63,137 nt of DNA, filler included, from Octopus bimaculoides (GCF_001194135.2; 11 parts of 10 records of this genome joined end to end with filler, not necessarily neighbours in it), one strand, 5' to 3'. Counted from the first letter of the whole stretch, positions 26,895 through 40,601 are shown. Numbers and translations are program-made. The notes: generated from the sequence alone by a model not told the origin.

Positions 26895-27235
26895 CTGGGC
26901 AAAGTAATAGCCTGGGCAAAGTTCAGAGAGCGCTTACCTCTGCTGGCGACAAAGGGACTCTCACTCAGAGTAAAAGGCAGACTATGATGCATGTGTACGA
27001 ACAGCCATGCTACATGGCAGTGAAACATGGGCTGTGACTCCTGAGGACATGCGTAAGCTCGCAAGGAATGAAACCAGTATGCTCCGCTGGATGTGTAATG
27101 TCAGTGTGCATAACCGACAGAGTGTATGTATCTTGAGAGAAAAGCTGAACATAAGAAGCATCAGTTGTGCTGTGCAAGAGAGGCAATTGCGCTGGTATGG
27201 GCATGTGGTGAGAATGGACGAGGATAGCTGCGTGA
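26895..27235 (+). mobile_element. RTE-clade LINE, RT C-terminal fragment
   Basis: AWAKFRE.LPLLATKGLSLRVKGRL...AMLHGSETWAVT...EMSLRWMCNV-type region ...LRWYGHVVRMDEDSCV, the characteristic RTE thumb/C-terminal region. Confidence 0.9.
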
Positions 27236-27335
27236 NNNNNNNNNNNNNNNNNNNNNNNNNNNNNNNNNNNNNNNNNNNNTTAATTAATTAANNNNNNNNN
27301 NNNNNNNNNNNNNNNNNNNNNNNNNNNNNNNNNNN

Positions 27336-27386
<51 letters not shown>

Positions 27387-27590
27387 ACACACATACATAC
27401 GCACACTTACACACTTAAACTCTAGTAGTAAATTGCATAAATGACTCAAGGGACTAAAATTTCGTACATGTTACTTATTGAACTTTAGTAAGTTTGACAA
27501 GTGCCATGCACGAAAATCTGCTTTATCAGTTACTTATGTAGCTTTACAGAAAATAACGAATAAATACATAGCTGTATCTATTGTCTGTTT

Positions 27591-27644
<54 letters not shown>

Positions 27645-27788
27645 CTAGCCCTTATATAGATTATATTATATATATTTATGGAAAAAAAATGACGGTTTTT
27701 TTCCTTATGAGGTTTTTTTCACGCTGACTACTTGATAAATTCTTAAAAAGATTTTATCCTTATATCATATCTCTGTATNNNNNNNNNN

Positions 27789-27851
<63 letters not shown>

Positions 27852-29148
27852 ATCTATGTATGTGTGTGTATATACATATATATGTGTGTGTGTGTGTGTG
27901 CGTGTTTATACATCTATACACTCTGCAAATTGAACAGGTTCCGTTGCTGATGGTTAGAGCATGGTCATGTCACTAAGTTTGTTACATAAAAGTAATCATC
28001 CCTTGCAGCATTTCTAGTTGAAGAACTTTTGGAAATTACCCGTAGTTCACGATCTGAAGTCCTCCAGAAGATCCTTCTCTTGTTATTCTTATCAGCGCTG
28101 TGAATTGCTTCCAGCCATCACCGCTTTTACACTCCACTAACCCTCTGCAAAATGTGAGATTTGACATTCAACTGATCCATTTATCCAGCTGTTAGAGTTC
28201 TGGGAGCTCTAGGCGGCATTCCTGGTGCCAAACGCCGAAACTCAGTTTGTGCTTAAACCGGAATGCATCTCAGTAAAAGAGACGAATTGTTAAAAGACAC
28301 GCCGGACGGACTGAAAACATACTCATCGTCGTGCAGAGATCTCTGCCAACGCTGCAGCTTCGGTGTATGGTCGTGCATTATCAGTGACTGCATCTTGAGA
28401 CTTCTCTAAAATAGCTGTAGGTAAAAGATGTTCTTTTGGACTAACTGATTCTGTCTCTTCCACAAGAATCAAAAGAGAATATGGTCCAGTCTGGTCAGGT
28501 GTTTCCTACGGCAAGGCACAAGGGTCAGCAGTGATACTCCACAAGTTCAATGTAGGCGTTGGCCACTCCTATTCAACTCATTGGGAACAGCTTCTTGTCA
28601 GCACGTTTCTGTTCTCAACATCTTCCCAGTTCTTTTTTTTTTCATCTGGAGGTCCAGACCGAACAACATCCTGAATATCTTAACTTCATCTTCTCCAGAT
28701 GCTGAGTTTCAAGCCCAACTTCTTGTCCTGGTTAATGCATTTACTCTTTACCTCTTGGTACTCATTTCTTTATCATGCCAACCACTTCGATTTCAGATGT
28801 ATCAGACATAATGATGATGCGCATTCCGTATTTGCATGCATAACTAAACTGTATCCCAGTCCAAGTGGGAGATCCTTCAACGTCTCCACTCCTGCAACAA
28901 CGGGTTTAATGCCAATACATATAGAAATCTGAGGAAAGGAAACAGTCGATTATATCGCCCTCTGGTACTTTATTTTTTTGAGTCCATAAACGTCAAAGGC
29001 AAAGTTGGTTTCGATATGATTCGAACTCGGCGCGATTATGAAACAACTTTCACTAACTCATGAGGAAGGAAAAAGGCAGGGAATTATGCGAATCTTTTTC
29101 CCCCTAATTTTCATTTTTACTATTCTGTACTCCAAACAACTGCAGCTA

Positions 29149-29354
29149 CTATTTTGAGCTACTACGATTTTTGAACGGATTTCTTTTCGAAAATTCCAAA
29201 ATTTTACGTTTCGTGTCTCGCATCCAAAATCCGTGTTCTTCTACATCTTCGTGAGGTAGTGAGATAGTTTTCAAAATTCTTCTTTGAACTCGATGATATA
29301 CACTGCCTAATTCAGCAGAAGATTGGCCATAACGGGGTTGTGCACTTGATGTCA
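29149..29354 (-). CDS. Candidate terminal coding exon
   Basis: Acceptor aattaattag| followed by an open, protein-like frame TSSAQPRYGQSSAELGSVYHRVQRRILKTISLPHEDVEEHGFWMRDTKRKILEFSKRNPFKNRSSSK*. No family recognised. Confidence 0.3.
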
Positions 29355-29473
29355 CTAATTAATTTTTCAAAAATCAAACAGAAGGCAACAGACCGAAACA
29401 CATTTTAATTAAAAATATGATTAAATCATTGTTAATTAGTTAAGCTATTACTAAGCGATAAACACATCACCAT

Positions 29474-29558
<85 letters not shown>

Positions 29559-29801
29559 CTCTCTGTCACACACGCGCGCGGTCGCTGACACACACACACA
29601 TAGACATTCACTGATTAGATATTCTAGTAGATAAGGAAAGGAATATTTGTAATTAGTAATCAAAACTGGGCTGCTGATTTGGTTCACCGAGCCGGAACTA
29701 TAAGCAAATATATATATACCCCATCTCTTTCTTACAACTACTTATATATCGCAATTTATATATTGAGTCTAATCATTCTGATGAAAGTATACAAGTTCAA
29801 T

Positions 29802-29836
<35 letters not shown>

Positions 29837-29934
29837 ATAGAGGGAAAGATAGAAAGAAAGGGGATATGTTATGAAAGGTATGTATACGTATGTATATATA
29901 TGTTTGTATACATATGCATATATATACTCTTTAC

Positions 29935-30095
29935 TCTTTTACTTGTTTCAGTCGAGCAAATCGACCCCAGGACTTATTCTTTAGAAGCCTAGTACTTATT
30001 CTATCGGTTTCTCTTGCTGAACCGCTAGGTTACGGGAACATAAACACACTAGCATCGGTTGTCAAGCGATGTTGGGGGGACAAACACAGACACAC
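29935..30095 (-). mobile_element. SINE family A, 3' part
   Basis: cttttacttgtttcagtc...gaccccaggacttattct...gttgtcaagcgat matches the other copies. Confidence 0.8.
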
Positions 30096-30171
30096 AAACA
30101 CACATACATACATATATATATATGTATGTTTGTATGTATGTATGTATGTATGTATGTATGTATGTATGTAT

Positions 30172-30226
<55 letters not shown>

Positions 30227-30948
30227 CATGTATGTAGAGATTGTTTGAAGTNNNNNNNNNNNNNNNNNNNNNNNNNNNNNNNNNNNNNNNNNNNNNNNNN
30301 NNNNNNNNNNNNNNNNNNNNNNNNNNNNNNNNNNNNNNNNNNNNNNNNNNNNNNNNNNNNNNNNNNNNNNNNNNNNNNNNNNNNNNNNNNNNNNNNNNNN
30401 NNNNNNNNNNNNNNNNNNNNNNNNNNNNNNNNNNNNNNNNNNNNNNNNNNNNNNNNNNNNNNNNNNNNNNNNNNNNNNNNNNNNNNNNNNNNNNNNNNNN
30501 NNNNNNNNNNNNNNNNNNNNNNNNNNNNNNNNNNNNNNNNNNNNNNNNNNNNNNNNNNNNNNNNNNNNNNNNNNNNNNNNNNNNNNNNNNNNNNNNNNNN
30601 NNNNNNNNNNNNNNNNNNNNNNNNNNNNNNNNNNNNNNNNNNNNNNNNNNNNNNNNNNNNNNNNNNNNNNNNNNNNNNNNNNNNNNNNNNNNNNNNNNNN
30701 NNNNNNNNNNNNNNNNNNNNNNNNNNNNNNNNNNNNNNNNNNNNNNNNNNNNNNNNNNNNNNNNNNNNNNNNNNNNNNNNNNNNNNNNNNNNNNNNNNNN
30801 NNNNNNNNNNNNNNNNNNNNNNNNNNNNNNNNNNNNNNNNNNNNNNNNNNNNNNNNNNATACGTATTTGGTGCGGCTTCATTACAGTATTACAGTACATG
30901 CAATTCAATAATTTAATCCGGCATTCAAATATATAAAAGGCATCTTAC

Positions 30949-30992
30949 CTCTGATACATCTTCATTTCTTTGGATGTTTAGAACGCTTTCAT
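30949..30992 (-). CDS. Candidate 44-nt micro-exon (phase 1 to 0)
   Basis: gaacttgacag|atgaaagcg...gtatcagag|GTAAGA. Only one frame is open: (D)ESVLNIQRNEDVSE. Confidence 0.45.
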
Positions 30993-31003
30993 CTGTCAAG
31001 TTC

Positions 31004-31044
<41 letters not shown>

Positions 31045-31194
31045 CACACGTGCATACAGGTATACTTGTATTCATATCGTTTACTTTTCCGTTTCACGTA
31101 AGTTCAACAAAAGTAAGTATTCCATCTAACGAGAGGTAAATATTATTTAATATATACAGTACACAGTGATGAGCTACTAGTTGTTTTATACATT

Positions 31195-31300
31195 GATCTT
31201 ATCTGGCAGGCTTTAAAACGCGCCTAGTGTCTCCATGTAAGAGCATCAAGATTACTTGGAGACATCAGGCATGTTTCAAAACACCTGCCTAGATAAGATC
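31195..31300. other. 106-bp imperfect palindrome (MITE or pre-miRNA-like hairpin)
   Basis: Left arm gatcttatct-ggcagg...tgtctccatgtaa versus the reverse complement of the right arm gatcttatctaggcagg...tgtctccaagtaa, with an 11-nt loop. Confidence 0.8.
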
Positions 31301-31632
31301 TTCAGTTACTATAAGTAACTCACAACTATATACTGTGTATATACATACATACATACGTACCCCCCACACACACATCAATTCAGCAAGTGAGAGGTGATAA
31401 ATTTATCTATACAAGTTTACATTCATAAATAAATCTATCTGCCCATTGAGGAGTGTATGAATTTATCGGTTGGATTTTCTGCATTTTCAGTTACACGGAC
31501 ACATTAGATTACACTATACTATACTACATCGTATTTGATTACTACGTTGACTGATAACCGATTCCGCATAAGGAACTTATTGTGGTAACTGCACGATTCT
31601 CGGAATCCATATTTATACAACGCATGTGTGTG

Positions 31633-31669
<37 letters not shown>

Positions 31670-32449
31670 NNNNNNNNNNNNNNNNNNNNNNNNNNNNNNN
31701 NNNNNNNNNNNNNNNNNNNNNNNNNNNNNNNNNNNNNNNNNNNNNNNNNNNNNNNNNNNNNNNNNNNNNNNNNNNNNNNNNNNNNNNNNNNNNNNNNNNN
31801 NNNNNNNNNNNNNNNNNNNNNNNNNNNNNNNNNNNNNNNNNNNNNNNNNNNNNNNNNNNNNNNNNNNNNNNNNNNNNNNNNNNNNNNNNNNNNNNNNNNN
31901 NNNNNNNNNNNNNNNNNNNNNNNNNNNNNNNNNNNNNNNNNNNNNNNNNNNNNNNNNNNNNNNNNNNNNNNNNNNNNNNNNNNNNNNNNNNNNNNNNNNN
32001 NNNNNNNNNNNNNNNNNNNNNNNNNNNNNNNNNNNNNNNNNNNNNNNNNNNNNNNNNNNNNNNNNNNNNNNNNNNNNNNNNNNNNNNNNNNNNNNNNNNN
32101 NNNNNNNNNNNNNNNNNNNNNNNNNNNNNNNNNNNNNNNNNNNNNNNNNNNNNNNNNNNNNATTGTCTGTTTTTTATGTTTTATTTATATTCCTGCAGAA
32201 CTAATGTGGGGTATAGAATATGGAATATATAATATGATATACAATATACAATATAAAATAAAATAAAATAAAAATGAATGAAAATATTGAATGTAGATGA
32301 AATATTGAGTGTTCAATATAAAGGATCAAATATATAAATATATAAATATAAATATATATATATAAAGGCGACTCGAGTTTCAGGGCTATTTCCCTTCGTC
32401 ATGGCCGGTATGACAGACTTTAACAGACTGTAAATATGTATATAAATAC

Positions 32450-32610
32450 ATATTTACGACGGGTTTCTTTCAGTTTCCGTCTACCAAATCCACTCACAAG
32501 ACTTTGGTCTGCTCGAGGCTATAGTAGAAGACACTTGCCCAAGGTGCCACGCAGTGGGAATGAACCCGGAACCATGTGGTTGGTAAGCAAGCTACTTACC
32601 ACACAGCCAC
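32450..32610 (-). mobile_element. SINE family A, 5' part
   Basis: ccactcacaagactttggtc...gtgccacgcagtgggaatgaacccggaaccatgtgg. Confidence 0.85.
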
Positions 32611-32719
32611 TAAGATCTGAATAGGTGAGAATTACATCACTAAAAATAAAAATATTAGGTTTAGATAGAAATCGAAATTACATAATATCGAAATTCCTCA
32701 ATATAGGTTTCACATTTTG

Positions 32720-33216
32720 GTATAAGGCCTGTAATTTCGAAGGTGGCGTCCAAGTCGTTTACATCGTGCCCAATGCTCAACTGGTACTTATATTATCGAC
32801 TCCGACAGGATGAAAGCAAAGTCGACCTTGGTGGCATTTCAGCTGAGAACGTAAAGTGGGAAGTAATTTCGCTAAGCACAATGTCCGGCGCGATAAAGAT
32901 TCTGCCAGCTTGAAGCTTTTAAACTCCTTAATATTAAAATGTGCTGAATATTGATTTCAAAGTTTGGCACAAGGATAGCAGTTTTGGGAGAGGAAGCAAG
33001 TTGATTACATTGACCCCCATCTCCTCATTACTCATTATTCATAGGGTGCTTTTTTTAATCGACTCCGAAAGGATGAAAGTCAGAGTCGACCGCGGTGGAA
33101 TTTGAACTCAGTACATGAAGATGGGCGACATGCCGCTAAGCATTTAGCCCGACATGTTAACGTTTCTGTCTGCTTGGCACCTTTAAACTCCTTAATATTA
33201 AAAAGTGATGAATATT
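32720..33216 (-). mobile_element. Two tandem SINE B copies with a 35-bp flanking duplication
   Basis: tttaaactccttaatattaaaa(t/a)gtg(c/a)tgaatatt occurs at 32918-32952 and 33182-33216. Confidence 0.8.
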
Positions 33217-34049
33217 AAAATACATATGTATGTTTGCACTAAATATTAGAAGTTTTCCACATCATGATAAAAGGTCTATAGCACGAAATGTCGCATCTTT
33301 TCAGCTGCTCACAGCTATCACATATTTTTACACTAACATTCTTCTACTTGGATTACTCGTTGCCAGTACATACTGTCTCTGGGTTTCTGGAGATTGCAAA
33401 ATTGGCAGAGTTTTTAGAATGTCGAACAGAAAACCTTGCAATAATTATTCCATTTCTCAGCGCCCTGTGTTCAAATTCACCCCTCCTCCAAATTAACATT
33501 GCGCTTCATATATAAAGTACAGTCAAGTATTGAAACTGATTATCTGACTTTCTGATCCCTCCCAATCTGTTTCTCTGTCTCTGCCTATCTCTCCCTCCCT
33601 CTGTCGGAACCGGCTACTTTATATTGAGAAGGTATCTTGGTGGATAACTCACAAAGCATAATGACCAGTTTTAGCAGGGAGGAAGGGTCAGTAGAGGTAG
33701 AATCAATTCAATCAACTCTCTCTCCACTGCATTTGTAATACATTTTTGTACGGCGGGCGTAATAATGTCTTTGGACTATTGATGCTTTCAGTAGAGTTCA
33801 CATTGTCACTTGCATTTGAACCAGATCTCAGCATATGTATGTATGTATGTATGTATCTTCTATTTTTTAATAATTATAAATCTTCCACTGAGGAGGGAGC
33901 CAGGTTTCCAACATGTATGTATGTATGTATGTGTGTTCCTTTCTGTTTTTAATTATATGAATTTTTCTTGCAAGTAGGGCTGTTTTCTAACAAAGACGCA
34001 AATCTCCATAGTTGGAATATAGATAACTAACACGATGTCACATTTTGTA

Positions 34050-35780
34050 CTTGAATAAGTCCTGCATATTTTAACTCTTCTGCTGACAGATTGTATTCGC
34101 AATGAGCGCGTTACTTGGTTCATTTGTTTAACCTCAACCTTTTTGGATTGTTATTTAGGCATTTACTAACATAACCAAATGCACGGGTATAGAAACTGAA
34201 GGTTACGAAGCAGCTGTCCGTGGTTATTCTCTTTCTCTTTGATTCTCTAACAGATATTCACATCAACAGGGCAGCTAACGGTACATATTTTTTCTTGTAT
34301 ATCCCAAACAATTGTATCCAACCTGTTTTGTTTGCATTTGGTAGGAGTTTTGATTGGAATGCTCCACCAATATTCCTTGTGTTGATGTTTATGTATGCAT
34401 TCAATAACAGAGGATTCTGTATATTTATCACAAGAACAGTACATTTCTCTGCTGGCGATGTACATTGTTTTCGCAACAGCTTCGTGTCAAATGAGAAGTT
34501 GGAGGTAGTACCTTGATGACATTTTTGGGCAGTTGCTGGTCACATGTATGGTGTCTTCCAGAAATACATTTTCGACTGCATCTTGGGACTCCAGGGGTTT
34601 CACTGACTCTTTGGTTCATTAGGTACTTTGTAGCAATCTCCTGGTCTTCATAACCTCCGAAACGTGATATAGCGATAGCGAATTCAAGAAAGCCTGCACT
34701 TCATGTGGATATTAGTGTCATCTTCAAGTTCGTCAAGGAAACACACCCATGCATAGTCTTTCTGTTTTTGATATGCTGAGCGTTTCACATTCATGTCCTC
34801 TTTCAGGTATTTTATTCCTGCTGTTTTGGGGTTGTATGGAAGGTCACAAGAAAGTATTTCTTGAGGAGCTCACTGCCGACTCGCTGGACGTTGTTCTCTT
34901 CACTTTTCGGAATCAGGTTTATATATTTACTTATGCTGCTGTTGTTTAGTAGGAGCAGTCTCAGAGATGCTATAATGGCATTCGAAAACTGCATTGATTT
35001 CAAACCTGTATCTATAACGGTTCTTAGACAGAACCTGTCAATATCATTGTCTCTGAGGAAGTTGATGTCCGGATCTAAAGAATTTTAGTTGCATGTGAAG
35101 ACGTGCGTATATATACTTAAATGCTAAACTTTCGAAAGTTTTACAAATTTTGGCAATTCCATTGATGGCTTACATTTGTAATCATCTAATTAGCTTTCTC
35201 CTTTCTGATTTTGAAAAGATTGGTGCTTAGGCACTTTGGTATATATCCTAGTGCCCCAATGAATACAGGTATAAATCTTTCTTGATAGTTCACAGTAGGT
35301 GCTTTCTTCTCCTCTGATCTTCACTTTATATTGACATCCGCTGATTTCCTCTACTGAACATAGTTTCTCTTCTGAGTCCCCAAATCACTATGTCTGGTAT
35401 ATTATGTTCGTAACTAATTGAAGTTACACTGTGACATTCTGCCAGTACTCTTTCATATTATGAGTGGCTATGGCCTCTACCTTAACTTTTTGGTGCTTAT
35501 CTTTTGGGTGCTTATATTTTTGGCCTCAGGATTACCCTTCCGACGGATCTCATTGTAAAGAGTCTTGGCTACATCATAACGCGATGACATTTTTGGTCAG
35601 TTGCTTATGATGTAGGTGATATCTTCGGTGTTAACTTCACAAAGTCTGCATCGGTTATCACAGTATGGTGTTTTCCCTGCCTTTCTGTCCCTTTTGTGCA
35701 TCAAGAATTTGGTTGCTATCTCCTGTTCCTGGATTGCTAATACATACTCTTAAAGGTGAGTTAGTGATTAGGTTGTTGTA
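34050..35780 (-). mobile_element. Two tandem fragments of an R4-like (restriction-like endonuclease) non-LTR retrotransposon
   Basis: Minus strand reads CDNRCRLCEVNTEDITYIIS..PKMSSRY and HNIPDIVIW. The second copy has DIDRF..., NCPKMSSRYY, EYWWSIPIK...NRLD.IVW and GQLLRNLQFLYP. Confidence 0.8.
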
Positions 35781-36909
35781 CTACGATAGACTGCTTTGAC
35801 TATCAATGTTACTCTCATCCTGGATCTTTCTGCTGACATATCCATGCATACGTATGTATGTATGTATGTATGTATGTATGTATGTATGTATGTATGTATG
35901 TATGTATGTATACACACACGTATATGTAGAGGAAGGGTAATGTTTCTGAAGCTTGTATCCTGTTGGAAGAAGAGCTTCTTGTAGTGTTTAATCTCTGGTC
36001 ACCTCTGACTAAGTGGTCCTATTATCAAACCTATTCTAGCTACGGCTGTCCCGTCCTTCCCTCGACCCTTCTAATATTTAGGATAGCAGTGTCCGATGCA
36101 ATCCTCTTTTTCCACGAAAGCAGGAGGTAATTCGTGGAAGATTTGGCTGCTGTTTCTAGCAGGACGTTTTACGAAAAAAAAAAACAATCTAACAGAAAAC
36201 TTCCTCGCTGGATCGTAACAACAGGTGTTGTAGGAATAAAAGTATTTTCAAACAATAAAAACGTCTGATTCTGACTTATGTGCCGATAAGTTATAAATAT
36301 ACCGCAGGGCATCTCGGCCAATTTTCTCGCAGTCCTTCCAACTCACCACTCTAAACTGGAACTTTGTAAATGTTTTTTTTTGTTGTTTTTGTCTTTTAAC
36401 ATCTCTAAACAGAGGAAATACAAAGTTAATCACGTTAAGATTTGAACCGAGAACGGAGACAATCCAAACAAATAGTGCAAGGAATGTTTACTCGGAGCTA
36501 TAAACTTCTTCTTCTTCTTCTTCTTCTTCTCCCTTCCTTCCTCACCTTTTCTACCCTCACTATACACCAAATTCAAAAGGTACCGTCCCTATAAAAGCGT
36601 CACTCGGGTTTGGACCATCCCTTTTACCCTGCTTCTAGCTATACTCTACTGCTTTTTAGTCTCTGTCTCCGTTTTAAAAAATGTCGGAGATGATTTAAAA
36701 TGCTTTTAAATGTAATACATCAATCCTCGTTTATCACGGGATTTGGTATTAAAAAATGCATTGATAAATAAATCAGTGATAAATGAATCATCTCGACACA
36801 TTTCGTAAATGGAACAAATGATAGATTTATTGACACCAAACTCGCGGCCTACTACAGCAAATCTTCCACCGTCCCGTATTTTCTAGATCATCTTTACCCT
36901 TTTCTGTCG

Positions 36910-37175
36910 ATAATACACTTGTCTGCGTCATTTGTTAGGACTAGTGGAGGGGAGGTCTGACGACACTCTCGGGGTAAACCTGGGTGTCGACGAGAAATTC
37001 CTAACCCGCCTTTTCAAGACGACGTTCGGGCCGGGGCCTATGGATAATTTCCAGAGATCCCTGGCTTGGCAATGCTATCGAGACGCACTACCAGTTCGAG
37101 AGAAGATCTACAGACACGGTTCGAAAACCACCTGACCGACCTGCCCGAGATGCGGTCAGAGCGACGAAACCGTTC
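36910..37175 (+). mobile_element. L1/Tx1-like LINE C-terminal zinc-binding fragment
   Basis: SLAWQCYRDALPVREKIYRHG...PTCPRCGQSDETV matches the zf-RVT region of L1/Tx1 elements. Confidence 0.75.
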
Positions 37176-37329
37176 NNNNNNNNNNNNNNNNNNNNNNNNN
37201 NNNNNNNNNNNNNNNNNNNTTAATTAATTAANNNNNNNNNNNNNNNNNNNNNNNNNNNNNNNNNNNNNNNNNNNNCCATTATTCACTTTTTAATTACAAT
37301 CACTACAATTTTCCACAATTTATTTCATC

Positions 37330-38630
37330 CCTTCGTACACGCACACATACCCACACACAAAAAATACACGCACTCATACACACACATGTAAGCACACTTA
37401 CCCCAACTCACCACACACACACAACACATATGCATGCATTTACACGCTCAGACTCGCCCACACACTTATACAAACGCACATACACACGCACACTTGCGCA
37501 TACACACACACGCTAACAATCACGCAAACATACACACACACACACCCAAGCATACACACCCTTGCACACATAACCCATACATACCCACATTCACACATAC
37601 CTCACATACCTCCCATAGACCTAACACACACACCTCCTACACACCTTACATATATACCGCCCACACACATGACAAACATACATGCGCGCCCTCACACACA
37701 CATGTAGACGAACGCACATATATACACACATACACACGCACGGTGGTAGAGACACACACCTTACACAGCCCTATACACACACAGACACACACACACACCC
37801 ATATATACGCGCACGCCTACATACACGTACTTACACAGCAGCATATACATGCACACACACACACAGGAGTGCATACACAAAATAACACACATACCTGGCA
37901 CACATCCTTACGCTCTCACACACATACGCACGCACACACACATAAACACACACATACACATACACACACGCACACACACCTCTCACATACACAAACACAC
38001 ACATACACGTACACACATACACATACACACACATGCACACACGCAAACACNNNNNNNNNNNNNNNNNNNNNNNNNNNNNNNNNNNNNNNNNNNNNNNNNN
38101 NGGACACACACACGCACCCGGACACACACACGCACCCGGACACACACATACAGACACACATAAACACACACACGCACCCGTACCTAACACTCACAGCCCC
38201 CCACACACTCGCACGTCCACACACATACACACACACACGCACACACCCACATACACATACACACGCCCACACACCCACACACACTTCTCACCAACACAAC
38301 ACACGCACACAGACACGCATACAATCACACACACATGGGCATAAACAACACACGCACATGCAATAGCAAACGTACGCACACACACGTACACAGCAACGTA
38401 CATATACATAACATACACATACACACAAACACACAGGAACGCACAAAAACATACACATATACACACGCGCACGTACAAAATACACACACACGCACACGTA
38501 CCCAACACCTACAACTCCACACAAACACACACACGAACACACACATACTCAAAAACTGCCTGCTGACCCTCACTCACCATTGTCCATAAGCATCTACTAA
38601 CTATTCCTGCTACTAATTCCTTCCACTACG

Positions 38631-38661
<31 letters not shown>
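37330..38661. repeat. Degenerate CA-rich simple-sequence block of about 1.3 kb
   Basis: Mixed CA/TA/CG dinucleotides with a local 18-mer higher-order repeat (ggacacacacacgcaccc) near 38102. Source of several spurious His/Thr and Val/Cys ORFs. Confidence 0.9.
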
Positions 38662-39297
38662 NNNNNNNNNNNNNNNNNNNNNNNNNNNNNNNNNNNNNNN
38701 NNNNNNNNNNNNNNNNNNNNNNNNNNNNNNNNNNNNNNNNNNNNNNNNNNNNNNNNNNNNNNNNNNNNNNNNNNNNNNNNNNNNNNNNNNNNNNNNNNNN
38801 NNNNNNNNNNNNNNNNNNNNNNNNNNNNNNNNNNNNNNNNNNNNNNNNNNNNNNNNNNNNNNNNNNNNNNNNNNNNNNNNNNNNNNNNNNNNNNNNNNNN
38901 NNNNNNNNNNNNNNNNNNNNNNNNNNNNNNNNNNNNNNNNNNNNNNNNNNNNNNNNNNNNNNNNNNNNNNNNNNNNNNNNNNNNNNNNNNNNNNNNNNNN
39001 NNNNNNNNNNNNNNNNNNNNNNNNNNNNNNNNNNNNNNNNNNNNNNNNNNNNNNNNNNNNNNNNNNNNNNNNNNNNNNNNNNNNNNNNNNNNNNNNNNNN
39101 NNNNNNNNNNNNNNNNNNNNNNNNNNNNNNNNNNNNNNNNNNNNNNNNNNNNNNNNNNNNNNNNNNNNNNNNNNNNNNNNNNNNNNNNNNNNNNNNNNNN
39201 NNNNNNNNNNNNNNNNNNNNNNNNNNNNNNNNNNNNNNNNNNNNNNNNNNNNNNNNNATGTATATATATATATATATATATAGTCAGAAATTTGTAC

Positions 39298-39340
39298 CTT
39301 CTTAAAGATGGCAATTTTTCAGTAATATTTCCACAGATGC
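39298..39340 (-). CDS. Candidate 43-nt micro-exon (phase 1 to 2)
   Basis: ttcacttcttaatttag|gcatctgtgg...taagaag|GTACAA. One frame is open: (G)ICGNITEKLPSLR. Confidence 0.3.
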
Positions 39341-40545
39341 CTAAATTAAGAAGTGAATTATTATTACTTAATCTTAAGCTGCAAGCTATTGGAAGATTTT
39401 TCGATTAGATTAATCTGTCGATTACCCCACAATTTTGTAGAGCATCGTTACATTGGATGGATCAGCAGCCAAAATTTTCCTTATTATGGAATCAGCAGGA
39501 AACACTCTTGCATATTCATGCTTCACCTTTCTTAATTGTAGCTCCTGATTAAGACATCTTCTGGATATATAATATCAACGGACCACGCCTTATTTAGCAG
39601 TAACGCTAGCCTCTCATATGCTGTAATTTAATATGTCCGAAATTTGATATCCTTTGTCTGCATTTATTTCTAAACTGAGGTGTGCCTGTATTTCATTACG
39701 TGGAACTGCTGAGCCATCATTTCTGTTTATACCTGAGACACAGAGGCTGTGTAATTCTTGAGGAATAGATACTGAAGATAATGACGTCACGGGCGATAGC
39801 GTCTTTGTGACGTGCGTCCAGCAGTGGCATTGAACAGAGGATATCATGTCATCATGTAGTGCATAGATAATACAGAATATAAAAGATATCGACAGCAAAG
39901 CATCTAGTGCGAGAAACATACATCCACAATTAGGCTTGAAGGTATTTCGAGCAGTGTACGTGCCAAAGCAAATTATATAACTTCGAAACAATTGAGATAA
40001 TTTAAAAATATAATAATCTCTGTATGATAATTCAAAGTTTTATAATATTTCTAAATAATTCTTCTTCCTAAAGGCAACTGCATTTTAGTTATAAAATGCA
40101 ACCAGAATGTTGAAATTAATGAGAAATGTATAGCATTCGTTTTCATTCGGTAATCATTCCGGTTATCACTGAACATTTATGGATAACTAGCAAACAATTG
40201 CACTTAATAATATACAGCAGTAATACAGATATGAACTTAAAAGAAGCATTAGTAAATACAATTACGATATATCGTATGTAGACATTTTTTTTATTTATAT
40301 TCTACAAATATTTGAAACTACAATTAAATAGGCAGTCTATATGGAAATTTCTGTATCAATAATATAAGAGGAAAATAAGGAAGATATTTTCAAAAGATTA
40401 CATCACAAAGCCTATATTGGTTAGCTCATACACAGGCATACACACACACACACACACACACCCTCTCGTCCTCTTTCTCCCATACAAACACATACACACA
40501 CATACCCTCTCGTCTTCTTTCTCCCATAGAAACACGTACACACAG

Positions 40546-40601
<56 letters not shown>

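Noticed and set aside
37434-38589. Long His/Thr-rich and Val/Cys-rich ORFs
   Set aside because: Translations of degenerate (CA)n/(TG)n sequence.
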